64,000 nt of DNA from Tubiluchus corallicola (Eukaryota > Animalia > Priapulida), in contig JAQGDQ010002367.1 of NCBI GenBank assembly GCA_030141605.1, positions 806,001 to 870,000 of the forward strand, read 5' to 3'. The notes below the pieces were generated by a model. It did not search any database and was not told the origin of the DNA. It saw only the letters and a list, made by a program, of their open reading frames with translations. The translations under genes were made by a program, and so were the position numbers. Of the stretch, positions 1 through 13,273 are shown piece after piece; the stretch's first letter is position 1, and each line of letters starts with the position of its first letter.

Positions 1-996
1 GAGATGTAAAAGTACCAAGTTGCAATTTTACATGTAAATGTAAAGATAGATGGTAAATAATGAAATACAAAACTCAGTAATGCAATCAACAAAAATGCAG
101 GTAAGTCTTTTGCAACTACCGACCTTGCCAGTTTTTGTTTGCACTTCTACTACATGTAGTTATTTTTATGCACAATATTTTACATATAATTATCTAAACA
201 CACATGACTATGTAATGCATGCTTGAACATAAACATGCATATGTGCTTTGCTCCAGGAACACACCAACTGCAGTTGAATCAAGGGCATTTTTTGGTAAGT
301 GGTATTGCACAAAAAATAATAAATAGATGCTAATAATAACTTTAAACAATTTACCGCTTTGGATAAAATATTTGAAAAGTTAGACAAATCAAGGTGGACA
401 AAACTCATAAGTCATTATGGCAAACATATTTTCAAACCCAAACCAACTGTAGTTGTATGGCTAGAGTTAACAGTGTGTCAGTGTCAGCAAATGAAACAGC
501 ATGCACCTGTAATACATTATTCACATGCAATGGAGGCAAACACTAGTGCGACGATACTGCAGCTTTTTATCGATTTTGTTGATAGTTTTGGTTACAAAAC
601 CCTTAACAAAGAAAACTAAATGGCTAGTTCAGATGTTTTTGTACAGTCTGCAAGTCGCTATCCTGTGCACAGCGATAAAACTGGTCTACTTAAAAGTGAA
701 TGCGACAGGACTGGAATCTAGCTCACTATCATGAAATCCTAACCACATTTGAATACTTGTATTCGACGTATTTACTTACTTAGCTTGGCATTGCTTAATT
801 TTAATTACTAGGAGCACTTTTCAAACTAGGTACCACTATTCAATGGCAAAGCTTAGTAAATGAAGGTGGTTGTGAAAAATCTAGCACCTATAGCTCAATA
901 TGAAGAATAATTTCAGCCAGGTTTCAATGTGTAAATGTCCTACCTCAATGAGGTAAATAGCTAAGAACAGTATAAAAAACGTAACTCTACAAGAAC

Positions 997-1096
997 AGTC
1001 TTCCAGAGGTCGCTTATCGATTTACCGAACTTAAGCGGTGCTAAGCTTGATGCTGCTTAACTTCGGTTACTAAGCACACACCATGACTACTCAGCC
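997..1096 (-). mobile_element. SINE remnant with 5S rRNA-like segment
   Basis: Minus strand reads GGCTGAGTAGTCATGGTGTGTGCTTAGTAACCGAAGTTAAGCAGC..., resembling the 5S box A region (GAAGTTAAGC). A related copy lies at 30642-30730. Confidence 0.45.
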
Positions 1097-1288
1097 AACA
1101 AAGTCTACATAATGCATAAGTCTACTCTCTTAGGACCTGAATCTAGATCATAATCAAGGACGTCTGGAATCTTTTGATGCATCATCTACATTCTACCCCT
1201 TCCAATATTCCCTCACCATTACAAAATATAGATGTTAACACTAAGTTTAGTTATATTCATGCACCAATGAAAAGAAATTTGAACCTAC

Positions 1289-4200
1289 AGCCGAACTCTA
1301 TTTTTAGATCCACGTTGGGGTAAATATCCCTCCTCTGTGGTGTCGCCCTTCTCCACGTCCTGCACAATGTGACCATTCTGCTCCTGGGAAGGTTTAATCA
1401 TAACATCCATCTCCTGCATGCCGCTATTGTCACTGACCGAGTCGGAGCGGCGATCCTCTTCTTGAAACACATTTAAGAAATTCATCATGGGCATATCCAG
1501 CTCCATGTCATGCTCAGAATTCCTATCATATAACATGGGTGTGAGAAACAACTAGAAACAAAATCATTGTGTGTGTGATTAGCATGTGCAACATAGACAG
1601 AAAAACTGCACAAAATAAATGTGAATAGGTGGTGTTTAATTGGGTGCTACCTGCTATGAAACAGGCACCACAGTTTCCTCAAAAACAACAGTGTTCAGAT
1701 TGTGTGCAAGTTTCCTGTGAATACCAGCATACACACCTATTTAACAGTAAAAGTAATGATCAATGTAGGCCATGATCATGATGCCATTAAAGACCTGACC
1801 TAGTTCTCAATTGGCTTCATTACCTGAAGGTATTATTGTTGTTAGCAATTACTCTGACACGCCTTTGCGGCGATGCATTTCTGACACTAAGAACAATACA
1901 GGTTTTGCTTGCCTGACGTCTCTCTAAAGCTAGATTACTCAGTGATAACCTGCTTGTACTAAACTGCTACATTTGCTTCTTCAAAGTAAAGTGATGAGTG
2001 CCAGCAAACACTTTACAAACATGCCAATCAACAAAGTAAATTTAACAGGACAAACTCACTTGTGTTCAATTCCAATATGCTCAATGTCCGCCATGTCCTT
2101 GACATCTTCGTCTGGAATGCCACCAAATTCTTCTGCATACTCCTCAATCTCGCGTGCCTTTATCTCGAACTCGGGCTGAGTGAGAGTCGTTCCACTACGG
2201 TCACGGTAACCGCGCATACTGGCTAGGCGTTCTCGGTGTCTCCCACCTGGACCAACACCGCCAGTCATGCTGCTTATGGTGTCACCGCGAGGCCTCCCAG
2301 TCCAACTGGTTATAGTGTCACCACGCGGTCTGCCCGTCCAGCTGGTCACAGTGTCACCACGCGGTCTACCCGTCCAACTGGTCACAGTGTCACCACGTGG
2401 TCTACCTGTCCCACTGGTTATGGTGTTGTGACGTGATTTCTGTTTTTCCTCTTCATAGTTAGGATTTGCAACTGAAAATAAACATCATTATTGTACCAAA
2501 TAACCCAAGTATGCTACCAGAATATAGAACAATAATTACTGCTCATGCAAATAAAATTTAGTGGTTATGTTGCATATTTTGCTCACGTGTGTCGTACTTT
2601 GATTTTCAAGAATAGAACAAGGGTTTCCCTCAACAAACCAATAGTACAATAATTATTGCAATGGCCTAGATACATTAGTAGCAAACTTTTTCATGTATTA
2701 GAGAATAAATGCACTTGCTTTCACGCAATTGTTTAGATAAAAGGAAATTACGAGAAATTGTTCAAAACATTTTAAAACACAATTTAGAACTTTTATTGCT
2801 TCACAAATAATTGTTCTACAGGAACGCTTATACTGACTAGACTTATGGGAAAAGTGGCTAGCTCGATTGCAGTTAGTCTTTCAGACACGATAAATGATGC
2901 AAACAGCCAATACTTACCGATTAAGTAAAATTTTCTTTAATTTTTTTATATAAACTTATTTTCATAATCTTTGGTATACAGAAAAGCCTGACTGACGCAC
3001 CTTAGGAATGAGCAGGTCTGATATAAAGTTGAGAAATTTACAATTTGATACTGAAAATTTTAACAGTGACAGTGCAACAACTGCAATCTAGCGATACAAC
3101 TAACATTTACTGAATCGACTTGTAACTTTTATAAATTCCTGTGAGACGTCAAAAATAGTTTCATGTTATTTAATTGCTGTGAATTATGATCCTGTACTTC
3201 AACACAGTGAAATTTAGCATGAAAAGCTTAATGCAAACTTTACCATTTTCAAACTGTAGCTCTTCTTCGTAGTCTCGCTTCTGATGACGAAGACAGATGA
3301 GTTGATTTACAACAGCTTGAACAATGGGAACCATCATGGCGGTGGCAGCAGTGTTGCTTATCCACATTGAGAGAAGAAATGATGTACCAATAATTCCTAA
3401 CATTAACCTGCAAAAAGTGGAAATTCGCACATTTACAGCAATGTTGCAAATGCAATTTTTATTAATGCTGACAGAAATCCATAAACACGAAAATTTCTTT
3501 TTTATTCTTGGAATTAAGAAAGCCCAATTTTTTGAAGATTAAAAGCAAATATATTTCTTCAGATTCAAAAAACTTACGTAGGTTGATTAAAACATTTAGG
3601 CAAAAATGATTATTTCAACAATCGAAGTTGTACAAACATTCTTTGGCATCAAAAATTTTGAAAATATTCTTTTTCGAGAAAAATCAATAGAATTATGCAA
3701 AGACACTGAAATGAACATAACTTTAATGCAGATACCATGCAGTAAAAAAGAGTTAAATTATGATGTGAAAAGTGTTCCAGTTTTAGGTAGAGCAAACAAG
3801 TTTGTTTAAAAAATAGTCTCAACACATGAGTCGCAAGATTAGAATTCGAAAATAAATGTAATAATCTATAAGTCCAGAAAGTTTTCTTAGATTCAAAATT
3901 TTGAACTATCCAGGATTAGCAAATCCACAAACCACATCAATTTTCGCTCTATAAACTGGCTATTATCAGCGTAAATGTAACAGAAATTCTTCACACATAC
4001 TTCATAATTACTCAGCAATACTAGGCATAATTAATATTAGTACGGACAATAATTACATGCTGTTCAGCGGATACTACATTCTCTGATGCCGTGCAAAGCA
4101 ATGAAAGAAAGCGCTCGGTGAATGAAATGTGGTTAATTACCTGACCTAATCTTATGAATATTTCAGACGGAGACGAACTCAACAGTGAGTTGATCATGTA

Positions 4201-7200
4201 TTCATCCTTTCATTCACGTTAGCAGATTATAAGCAAGCGGCTAAGTGCTAATGAAATGACGTGCAACCCAACACTAATCGTCCAGTGAGAATTCAACAAA
4301 CCAAAGAATTATTATCTCTGATTCCTGACATATCGACTCCACCAACCAATACTTGCTGTTATGCAAAAACAACTTATTGAAATTTTAAAATAATATGGTC
4401 CATATTAGACATTCGACACATCCCACCTCCACTCCCACCCCGTACCCCTTGCCAGTATCATTAATGCAATAGTGCTTTAAATCAATTTAAGAACTCAGCA
4501 GGTGACATTTTATATAAGAGTTCACAACGTCAAGTTGTGTTTGCGACCGCCATGGTATATCTAGGTAACCACGGACAAACAAACCCACATTACGGAGAAA
4601 TATGCAAACCACAGTATGTAGAGCTGATGTAGATTCATTCCTTCTTTTCACTGAGGGAGGATGAATAACGTGCTAAGTCGCCGCCTACGTCTTTGCTTGT
4701 ACACTGTGTTGATATCTGTACATGGCTAAGTAACCATTGTTGCACTTAGACCTTGAGTCTGAACTTGGAGGGCTACCAGGACAAAATGACCCAGAAACCG
4801 GTCCTGCCACTGGGCTCTGGATTCCCGCTAGTAGTGTGCCAAGTTGTACAAAAATCGTTCATGAATTTTTAAACAAAAGCTATAAACAATGGAGACTAAG
4901 ATAATTAGGAAAGTGAATTATGTTATGCAGCATCACCATTAAAGACACTAATAACCTTCTCACTGTTGAAACAAGATTTTATTTTTAGGCACTCATCAAT
5001 CCTGGGCTCCATATTGGAATGTTTAGATGAGTAAGCTAACCCGTGATTAGACTCTGATGGCGCGCATACACAGCCTCACTTTCACTCTCAGTTTTCTGTC
5101 CTATTACAACTTGACGCGGCACAGTTTTTATTTGTTTCAAAAATAGTTTAGCTGCCATTGAAGTTAAACTAACGCTCTTTCTAAGCTGTAAACTTGACGC
5201 GAGCAGACGGTTCTTGTTACCGCGCAAATATTGCAGCAGACATGGTTAAATTTATCAAGAACAAAATGTTATGATGCACAGAAATTATAATCAACAATTC
5301 CTGTCTTTAAACTTATGACCTTGAAAAAAGTTCGCTGTCGCTCTCCCTTTCCCTGCCCTCCCCCTCCCCATCATATTCTTAAATTGGCATAGTAATTAAC
5401 GCCATGAATTTTGGCTTGCAAATAGAGGCCTTGTATATACTTATGTATATATGTCATCTGCTGTAGGTTTCTTTCTCTGACTTTAAATTTGCTCTTTTCC
5501 CTGCCCACCTGGGATGCTTAATACTTTTTGTTATGAAAATAACGCCCTCCCCGTTAAGACAAAATACAGGACTAAACTGTTCGAATACGTTTATAATAAG
5601 ATCAACGATGACTGAGAATTAAAATAACCAAAAACTAAAATGGTGTCCCAACGATTGTTTCAAATATTTATTTTTCAAAGTGAATTTTATATATCCGCCA
5701 GCGTAGAGCAACGTACTTTACAACCATCCGCATTCTGACACTGTAATTAGCTTTGGCAATCTACCAACTCATATAAACAGCATTTCAGGACATTGAAACT
5801 TTGCCAAGGGCGTTCATCTTGTGCCTCACATGATCAGAAAATCTTCTCACAAGCAATAAAAATCAATACTACTGATGCAATAAAACACTCCCCTGACGTC
5901 AGCCAATAGGGTACCCAGAATTACATAGCAAAGCCTGTTTGACTAGACGTCAAAATCATATGCTGCCTGTTTTACAAAGTAGCAGTCCTCGGCCACTAAA
6001 ATGACCTTCACAAGGTCAGTCAATAAAACAGGGCACTACCTTTTCAGATAAACTTTTTAAATGAAACGTAAAACACAGTATTGTATCAGAAGTGAGGAAT
6101 TAGATACAGGAGCCAGACTTTTGTCGAGATAACGTCTTAGCCATTTCTGCAAGATGCTTCTCCTATCTAAGATCAGAACACAAGTCAAGGCCAAGCAAAC
6201 TAGTACATGAATGCATATAGTGACACAAATTATAAGAAATTCTTGAATAAGCCAAACCGAACTGGCACCTGGCAAACTTGATTGGAAATTTGATCAATAC
6301 AATAACGGTAATCCTCACATAATGTTTGAACTTTTATGGCAAGAAAGCTTGCTGCCAGTAAACGAAACATCATTTTTCTTCTAATAAAAGTTTAAATATT
6401 ATGCGTGGTCTGCCATTATTGTATTGATAACTGACAAGTAAAATTGTTTGACAAAAACTGATTCTGCAAAATGAGAGTTACTGTAATAGGAAGAGTGATT
6501 TACAATAGCACATACTTGTTAATTTAACAATTAATCTCTGCTACATCAATACGTGGTTAAAAGACTATATATTGATTGTTGTTTACATAAAAGGACATAC
6601 CATCGAGGTTTTGAACCGACTAGCATTAAGACTCGTAAAGCAATCCGTCTATGAAGATTCCTGTGTTCGACTCCAATGGCCACCACTAGACCACCAATAA
6701 ACAACATGTTTGTGTCCTAGAAATATAATCAACTACACTTAGTAGATAACTACAATTGCTGTAATTGTTCCCGCTTAGCTGGGTTATCTATATATCTTCA
6801 TGAATAAAGACAGGAAAGGTATAACTTAAGCTAAAAATGCCAATGTCACCAAACTTAGTGTTGTGACATTTGACACTAAATTTTGTTTATTATTAAGGCC
6901 TGATATATACCCGAGATAAATATACATTAATATACCTGAGATAATTACATGTAATGAAAAAACAATAAATCAAGTTGCAAATGTATCAAGACAGCACAGC
7001 CATCTTTAGTAATCATCACAATAAGATATCGCCAAAGTAAAAATAACAGTTTTTTAATTATTAAAATTTAAGTGCTTTCAGAATTTAATTCTAATCACAA
7101 CTCCAAAGCACTTAAATTTTAATAACTAATTTCATTAATGCATTTGACTTTGATAATCAGTGTTTTTGTTATGATGATACAAATGTGTCAACTTTAAAGC

Positions 7201-10200
7201 CTTCAACATTCGTATCTTGAAACTGGTGAAATACTGTTTTGAGAATGTTTCCATATGAAAATAATAAGTCATTCCCCGTCCTGACTGATGAATTGTTGAA
7301 GTTTATGGCATCAAACTTTATTCTCATGTTAATCTAATTTTCACCTAACCAGAGGCCATGAAAATGGAGAGAACAGGTCAAAAATTAAGATCTTAAGATC
7401 TGACTGCAGGATTCAGTAATTCTAAATGCAATTTCTTACAATGACAATATGAATTAAGAAAATTGGTGTAAGTAAAACTTAATCTGGAAATGCCGAACTA
7501 AAATAACTTTCGTTGGAATTTCTTCAGCTAATGACACGTCAAGAGCAACTGTTCACGTTAATGATTAGATAAAAAACTTAGCAAACAAACACTACGCGAC
7601 TATGCCGTTTCTTTAATTTACTTATTTTATAAGTCCTTCAAAAATCTGTCTATTATGACAAATAGTTATCGCCTAGAATGGTGGTATTCCACAAAACACT
7701 AACTCACTGAACATTACTCACACTAGGGCTCTATAAACAAATTATTTTTTCGAACGAAAAGAATGAGCCGTTTAGCTTGTAATTCTATCTACAAACAGGC
7801 TAGCAAGCATTCCCCTATCAAGTTAATACTTTCTCTTATTGACTTGAAGAAACATAAAATGCGTCCATGGATCACTGCATGCCAAACACAAGATATTAGC
7901 CAACGGCCATAAGTATCTCTAAACGTAAACAACAACGATGAATGGCACATGTAATCAACGTCAAATAACAAACGTTTTACATCGTAACTTTATCAAATTT
8001 TTATCAAATAATAACTTCTGATATATCCGCCACAAACTTACTTTAATAACTTCTGACATATCAGCCACGAACTTACTTTAATAACTTCTGATATGTCAGT
8101 CACGAACTTACTTTAATAACTTCTGACATATCAGCCACGAACTTACTTTGATAACTTCTGATATATCAGTCACGAACTTACTTTAATAACTTCTGATATA
8201 TCAGTCACGAACTTACTTTAATAACTTCTGATATATCAGCCACGAACTTACTTTAATAACTTCTGATATATCAGCCACGAACTTACTTTGAGATACTGTG
8301 CAGCAACAGTTCCAGAAGGTACGACGCCTAATAATGGAAAAAGTACAGCGGGCATGAGTGACGTAACAGCTAGAGGTAGTACTTCCGTCATCCAATACAC
8401 CGCCATTACTAGTATCACAAATGCACATTTGGCTTCCTGAAATCAGTTCAAAAAAGTTGTGATTATTAAACAAAATAATTAACATCATTATTAATTCATG
8501 TTATTAAACGAAAAAATATGTCATAATTATGGAGCAGGTAAAACCAATTAAAAATGTGATTTTAGAGAATACCCCATCTCAGACGAAGTTTTGGACTATA
8601 ATTTAATGCAAAATGCGTTATTTGACGTATTATTACCATTCACAGCAGTTCAGCAATATATGAAAGCGACCAAACTCATATTAAATTTTAATATTCTTAC
8701 ATTGTACTGACTGGGTGTTTGTTCAATTTTGTCGGAACTGCGTATAACATAATTATGAGCTAATACAATTCCCAGGCTGATATTTTATAATTTACAATAG
8801 CACTCATGGCAGGTACGGTAATTTTTGAAAAATACTTGGAGAATGTAGAGTATGCGCTTCTGTGTTTTTATGTACAATTGTACATCGAACGAAACCCAAA
8901 ACTTAGCAAGCTAGCGTTTAAACAAACTGTAGTGCAGTGAGTGCATGGCCATAAAACTAAAAATAAGGTCAATTCGGTAAGACAAGCAGTAAACAGAAAT
9001 GCACAGAGCACAAAGACTTGGGAACTGCTCAGCAGCACAAATTGCTTAGTACTTGAACAATAATGTTGTGGGTTTGTATTAATTGGCGTCTGGGAAGTTC
9101 AATAAATTTGTGACCATGAAAATTATTAGTGGCTGGCAGGGAAGCTCTTTCTAACTCCGCGTCAGCTGAAAATGAAGCACTGTCCCATTACAACAACCAA
9201 GGAAAAACAGTATGGATTCACAACCAAATGATAAGATTGTTCAAATTCAATTACCGTGGATCTAAGTATTTCATTTTCTTAATATGCACTGATTTCGTGC
9301 AGCACCCACAGTACCAGAAACTAAACTGGTACCACTCCGCAGTAGTATTATGATCATCATAACCATGCAACGGGTCGAACGTTGTGTTAACTAAGGTTAT
9401 AGGCCATCATTTATACATATATAATTATACAGATTAAGCACACGTAAGACAAAAATTGATTTAATAATGAAAATGCATTTTACAGAATCTAGCCAAAACA
9501 ATGACAACCTAAGTAATGCCGACATACAGCGACGATTAGTATAATCACAAAATTTGTTTGAATGGCGGCTTTGAGACCAGCTAACCTCTAAACAGCATTT
9601 AAAAATGCTTCAGTTCAGAAAGAGTGCAGTGCGCAATTCAAAGCGCTTTCATTTCCAAGTAAAGACAAGTGACTGTGAAATTGCGGGCACACGACAGTTT
9701 AACTCTTTAAAGCCGAACATTTCACCTCGAGTCTGAAAATTTGGTACGGTCCCAAACCGATTAACATTCATTACTTCCACGCTAATCAGCAATGCATATA
9801 TGACTCCTATGTGTAATTTAAACAAAGTCCAATCAATTATTTCTACATTCACCGTTACATTTAACCATGCAACGTTTGCAAAGAGTTCATTTGTTGGACA
9901 TTCAGCGCGCACCACGCAAGTCCCCATTCGATTCGAGCTTTTAAAATTCGTATAAAAACTTGTATTGGAAATCAATGACTTTCGTGACGTCACAGCAATA
10001 AAATGAAGCCAATTCAGACGCTTGACAGTTTATAAAAGTAAAAGAAATAATCTGAACACCTGCAATTGAGTTCAATAAACATTTAGAGACGCATACAAGC
10101 ACAAAACTGATGATTAACGCACACGCATAGCAAAAACCATTGCAATACAAAGCCTCGAGGAATTGCGACTTTATAATATAATGCGAAGAATATGAATTTC

Positions 10201-13200
10201 CCTCTGCACACAATCACCGTAAAACATCTTAAATCTCGTGTTAATTGACTCGATTTCCTCTAAGCACCTCTGCATGACGTCATCAAGCAATTGTCGCCAT
10301 ATTTCGTGTGCTAATCTACTAAATCTTCCCCTAGTGCACTCTGGATGCTCTTAGAACTCAACAGCCGACCCGCGAAAACATTAATCGATGAATTGGTAGT
10401 TATGCAAGGAGCCAATGGTGCATTACCATGTCATTTGTTCTAATCTTGCCAAGAATTTTCCAACATATTAGTAGCGTCTTTGAAATCCATCCCAGTAACA
10501 TAAACGCTACAGCAATTACAATTTTAAGGTAACAATCGGCGAGAGTGGTATTTGCCGAGTTTTATCATATAAAACTTGGCATGGTGCCAGCAGCAGTATG
10601 GCTTCTCACAAACTTGACGCTTTGCCAGCAGTGAAATCAATACGATATTGCCATGTCTATAGTGATGTTGTACTCTATCACACAATACAGTGTTGCGCTG
10701 TTTCATTGACTACATGAAACGTACGCGTTTGAAATCGACACAATTTAGTAGGATAATGACTAATGAGAAATTGTTCATTATTTCAATTATTCGAATTATA
10801 TACTGGATCAGAGGGACAAACAAGTTAGCCGATAGCATAAGATTAGTTGCATAAAACACATGTCAAAGAAATGGGAAAAAAGAAGCTAACTTAATTGTAA
10901 AAGGTAATTTCGTTTGCCAAAAGGGTTAGAATCTTTTTGCCCTTCTGAACATAATTTAATTTCAGCCGTTAAATAGCAAGACTGCTCAGCACTGTACTAT
11001 ACTCTATAGTTTAAAAACTTTATGGCTTCATCACATGTTTTCATTTAGTCATGTACGTTTTATCTTACCTGTCTGTAACAGTAACATATATGAAAAAAAA
11101 TTTGGTAGTAATGAAAAATGTTTTGTTCTCAAAATACTTATGATCAAGTAATGTATGGGTGTGTTTTGTTTTCCATTGCATTTATAATTCCAATATAATG
11201 TCACATAAAATCATGCAATCTAATGTAAAATAGTACAGAACACAACCTAAACCATTGTTAGCGTGGTACTACTGTAGCCTAACGTTATCAGTGCTTAACA
11301 ATGTCTTCCCTTTGAGATCCGACGAATATGTCAGAGGACCATGTTAGGAAGCTAGAAACTCAGCTAATGTAATGAGCAGTGTGTGTATGTGTGCCTTGGA
11401 GCTACAGATAGACATGCGGGTTTTATTTTACTGCAAAATTTAATGTTCGTCTGGTCTATTAATCAAACAGCCTTGTAAGACCAGTCAGTCCCGGGTGGAC
11501 AGAATAACCAGTCTGTATTCTGAAAAGAACACTCAATACGCTCACAGCAGCAAACACTTGAGGACTGAATACTAAAACGTGTCGTTAACATTGTTGTTAA
11601 CGCTTCAATGCCATTACTGCCTTAAATAAGAACAGACAAGCGATTTTATTTTGTGCTGCCAACTGCGGTTAAGACACATAGAATGAGTTATTGTTACGAT
11701 TCAGTAATGCTGTTCGTGCTCATCAACTTTTCTAAGAACATATAAGATAATTAAAGTTAAGGTGACGTTAATTTCGAATGGCAATTTTCCCTGCTCACTG
11801 TGAATATTTGTACAACAAATGATATACATGGCCACAGGTAATTGCATGAATAGTATAATAACGAGTTGTCAAAACAATATCTCATGTCAGCTGCCATAGA
11901 GAGATTTCGTTACCGAACACACAGCTCCAGCAAGTTTTCCAATTCGTAGCTCCCTCGTCTGAAAATTCGGGCAATAGATGAAGAAAAAAGAACGCGAACA
12001 GGTTATCTTGGATAAAATTTAAAGACACATATAAAGTCCTATATAAATGTAAATGACATTGACACTAGTCTTACGTCAAAAGTATCAAAACAAAAACTAA
12101 TCTATCAGTTTTACGATTACCGCAACTAATCGAAAGCGAATTATGAAATGCCGCAGTGGTCAAGTGCATTACCTGTACATTAGCCACTAGCCAGCCTATC
12201 TAATGATCATTTACAAGCTGCTACTCTGACTAATATCAAAAGCTGATGGCTTCGCGGAATGACACGTCCTGTGGAGCAGTAAGTAATCCAAATTTACGTT
12301 AGTGTAAATCTACATTATGAATACGGATGAACACAGCACATTTAGTAATCCTCTTTCCAAAGCCAGAAAAAAAGCAAAAGCCGCCCACAAAAAGTGAAAG
12401 TCTGGGTATAACACTGAAATGAAACTGCCAATTTTTAGACTGGAGTCACACTGACAAAAAAATGCACAAGCATTTGTGAAAAGTTCGCTACGATTGGCCT
12501 GTCATGCAACTTTTAAGCAAGTCATCACTCAGCTGCCGTATCTGGTCGTGAATTCACACACTTATTGTGAAAGAAATCTTCACTTCTAAAACATTTTCAT
12601 CAGATTCTGACTAGCAAGAAGTATCTGAGAGAGGTTTAACCAAAGATGTGAAGCTGAAGATGAATTTGTTTTGCTGCCTAATAGTATAAGCTTTTTTATC
12701 ACCTTTCTTAGCTATCCGAGATACAAACTACCCATGTTGGCACTACAGAGTATAGATTATAAGATAACACAAATTTTTTTCACATTCTGTGCATCTTGAA
12801 CGCAATAAAAACTAGCAGTATATTTAGGCATGTAGGAAAACAAACTGTTGACCAGCAAACTAGGTCATGTACAGCATGAGCAACAGGTAAAGTATGTACG
12901 CAACACAAAAAGCTCACTACATGTGTATTCAACAACACCTAAGCAGCTAGCTGTGGTTTTACTACAAGCTCTACCCACGGGCTTTTATAATTCCGTTCTT
13001 TTCTAGTTGAGCATTATGGTAGTTTAAGATGTTTTTAGCTAAAACAAAAGCCTATGAGAAATCATTTTGAACATATGGCCTAGGTATTCAAATTCTCTAA
13101 TGATCTTAAAAATACATTTGTGATAAAAATTTAACACTTGCCTTTGTTCCAATGCTGAGAACCATTGGTAGAAGTAACAAAGGTGTGACAATGAGAATGA

Positions 13201-13273
13201 TTGTCTTTCTGTTCTCATACACCCACTTTAGAAACTTGCTCTTCTTCACCTTTGTCATTGTGGTTCCCTCCAT
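1289..13273 (-). CDS. SLC13: SLC13 family Na+-dependent dicarboxylate/citrate/sulfate cotransporter, 5' part (3' exons not found, presumably left of the window)
   Basis: Exons 13273-13142 ([30 protein letters not shown] donor), 8436-8287 ([41 protein letters not shown]), 6716-6601 ([38 protein letters not shown]), 3407-3244 ([32 protein letters not shown] Na+/substrate motif), 2471-2060 and ~1522-1289 (hydrophilic loop; last donor tentative). Phases join in frame. Confidence 0.93.
2266..2424 (-). repeat. Coding tandem repeat, 36 bp (12 aa: T[VI][10 protein letters not shown]) x ~4.4
   Basis: Directly visible inside SLC13 exon 2471-2060; differences between units are mostly synonymous. Confidence 0.95.
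7058..7125. repeat. Short intronic inverted repeat (21-bp perfect arms)
   Basis: ttattaaaatttaagtgcttt at 7058-7078 and aaagcacttaaattttaataa at 7105-7125. Confidence 0.85.
8010..8289. repeat. 35-bp minisatellite x ~8, each unit containing a minus-strand splice donor (AAA|GTAAGT)
   Basis: acttacttt recurs at 8036, 8071, 8106, 8141, 8176, 8211, 8246 and 8281. Unit: acttactttaataacttctgatatatcagccacga. Confidence 0.95.

Noticed and set aside
2266-2424. Four RGD tripeptides as integrin ligands
   Set aside because: By family topology the loop is cytoplasmic; RGD is better explained as part of RxRxxT motifs.
8010-8289. 35-bp periodic array as a CRISPR array
   Set aside because: Units are head-to-tail with no unique spacers, there are no cas genes, and it lies in a spliceosomal intron.
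9649-10706. Intronic ORFs of 60-114 aa within SLC13
   Set aside because: No recognisable motifs or splice context; consistent with chance ORFs.
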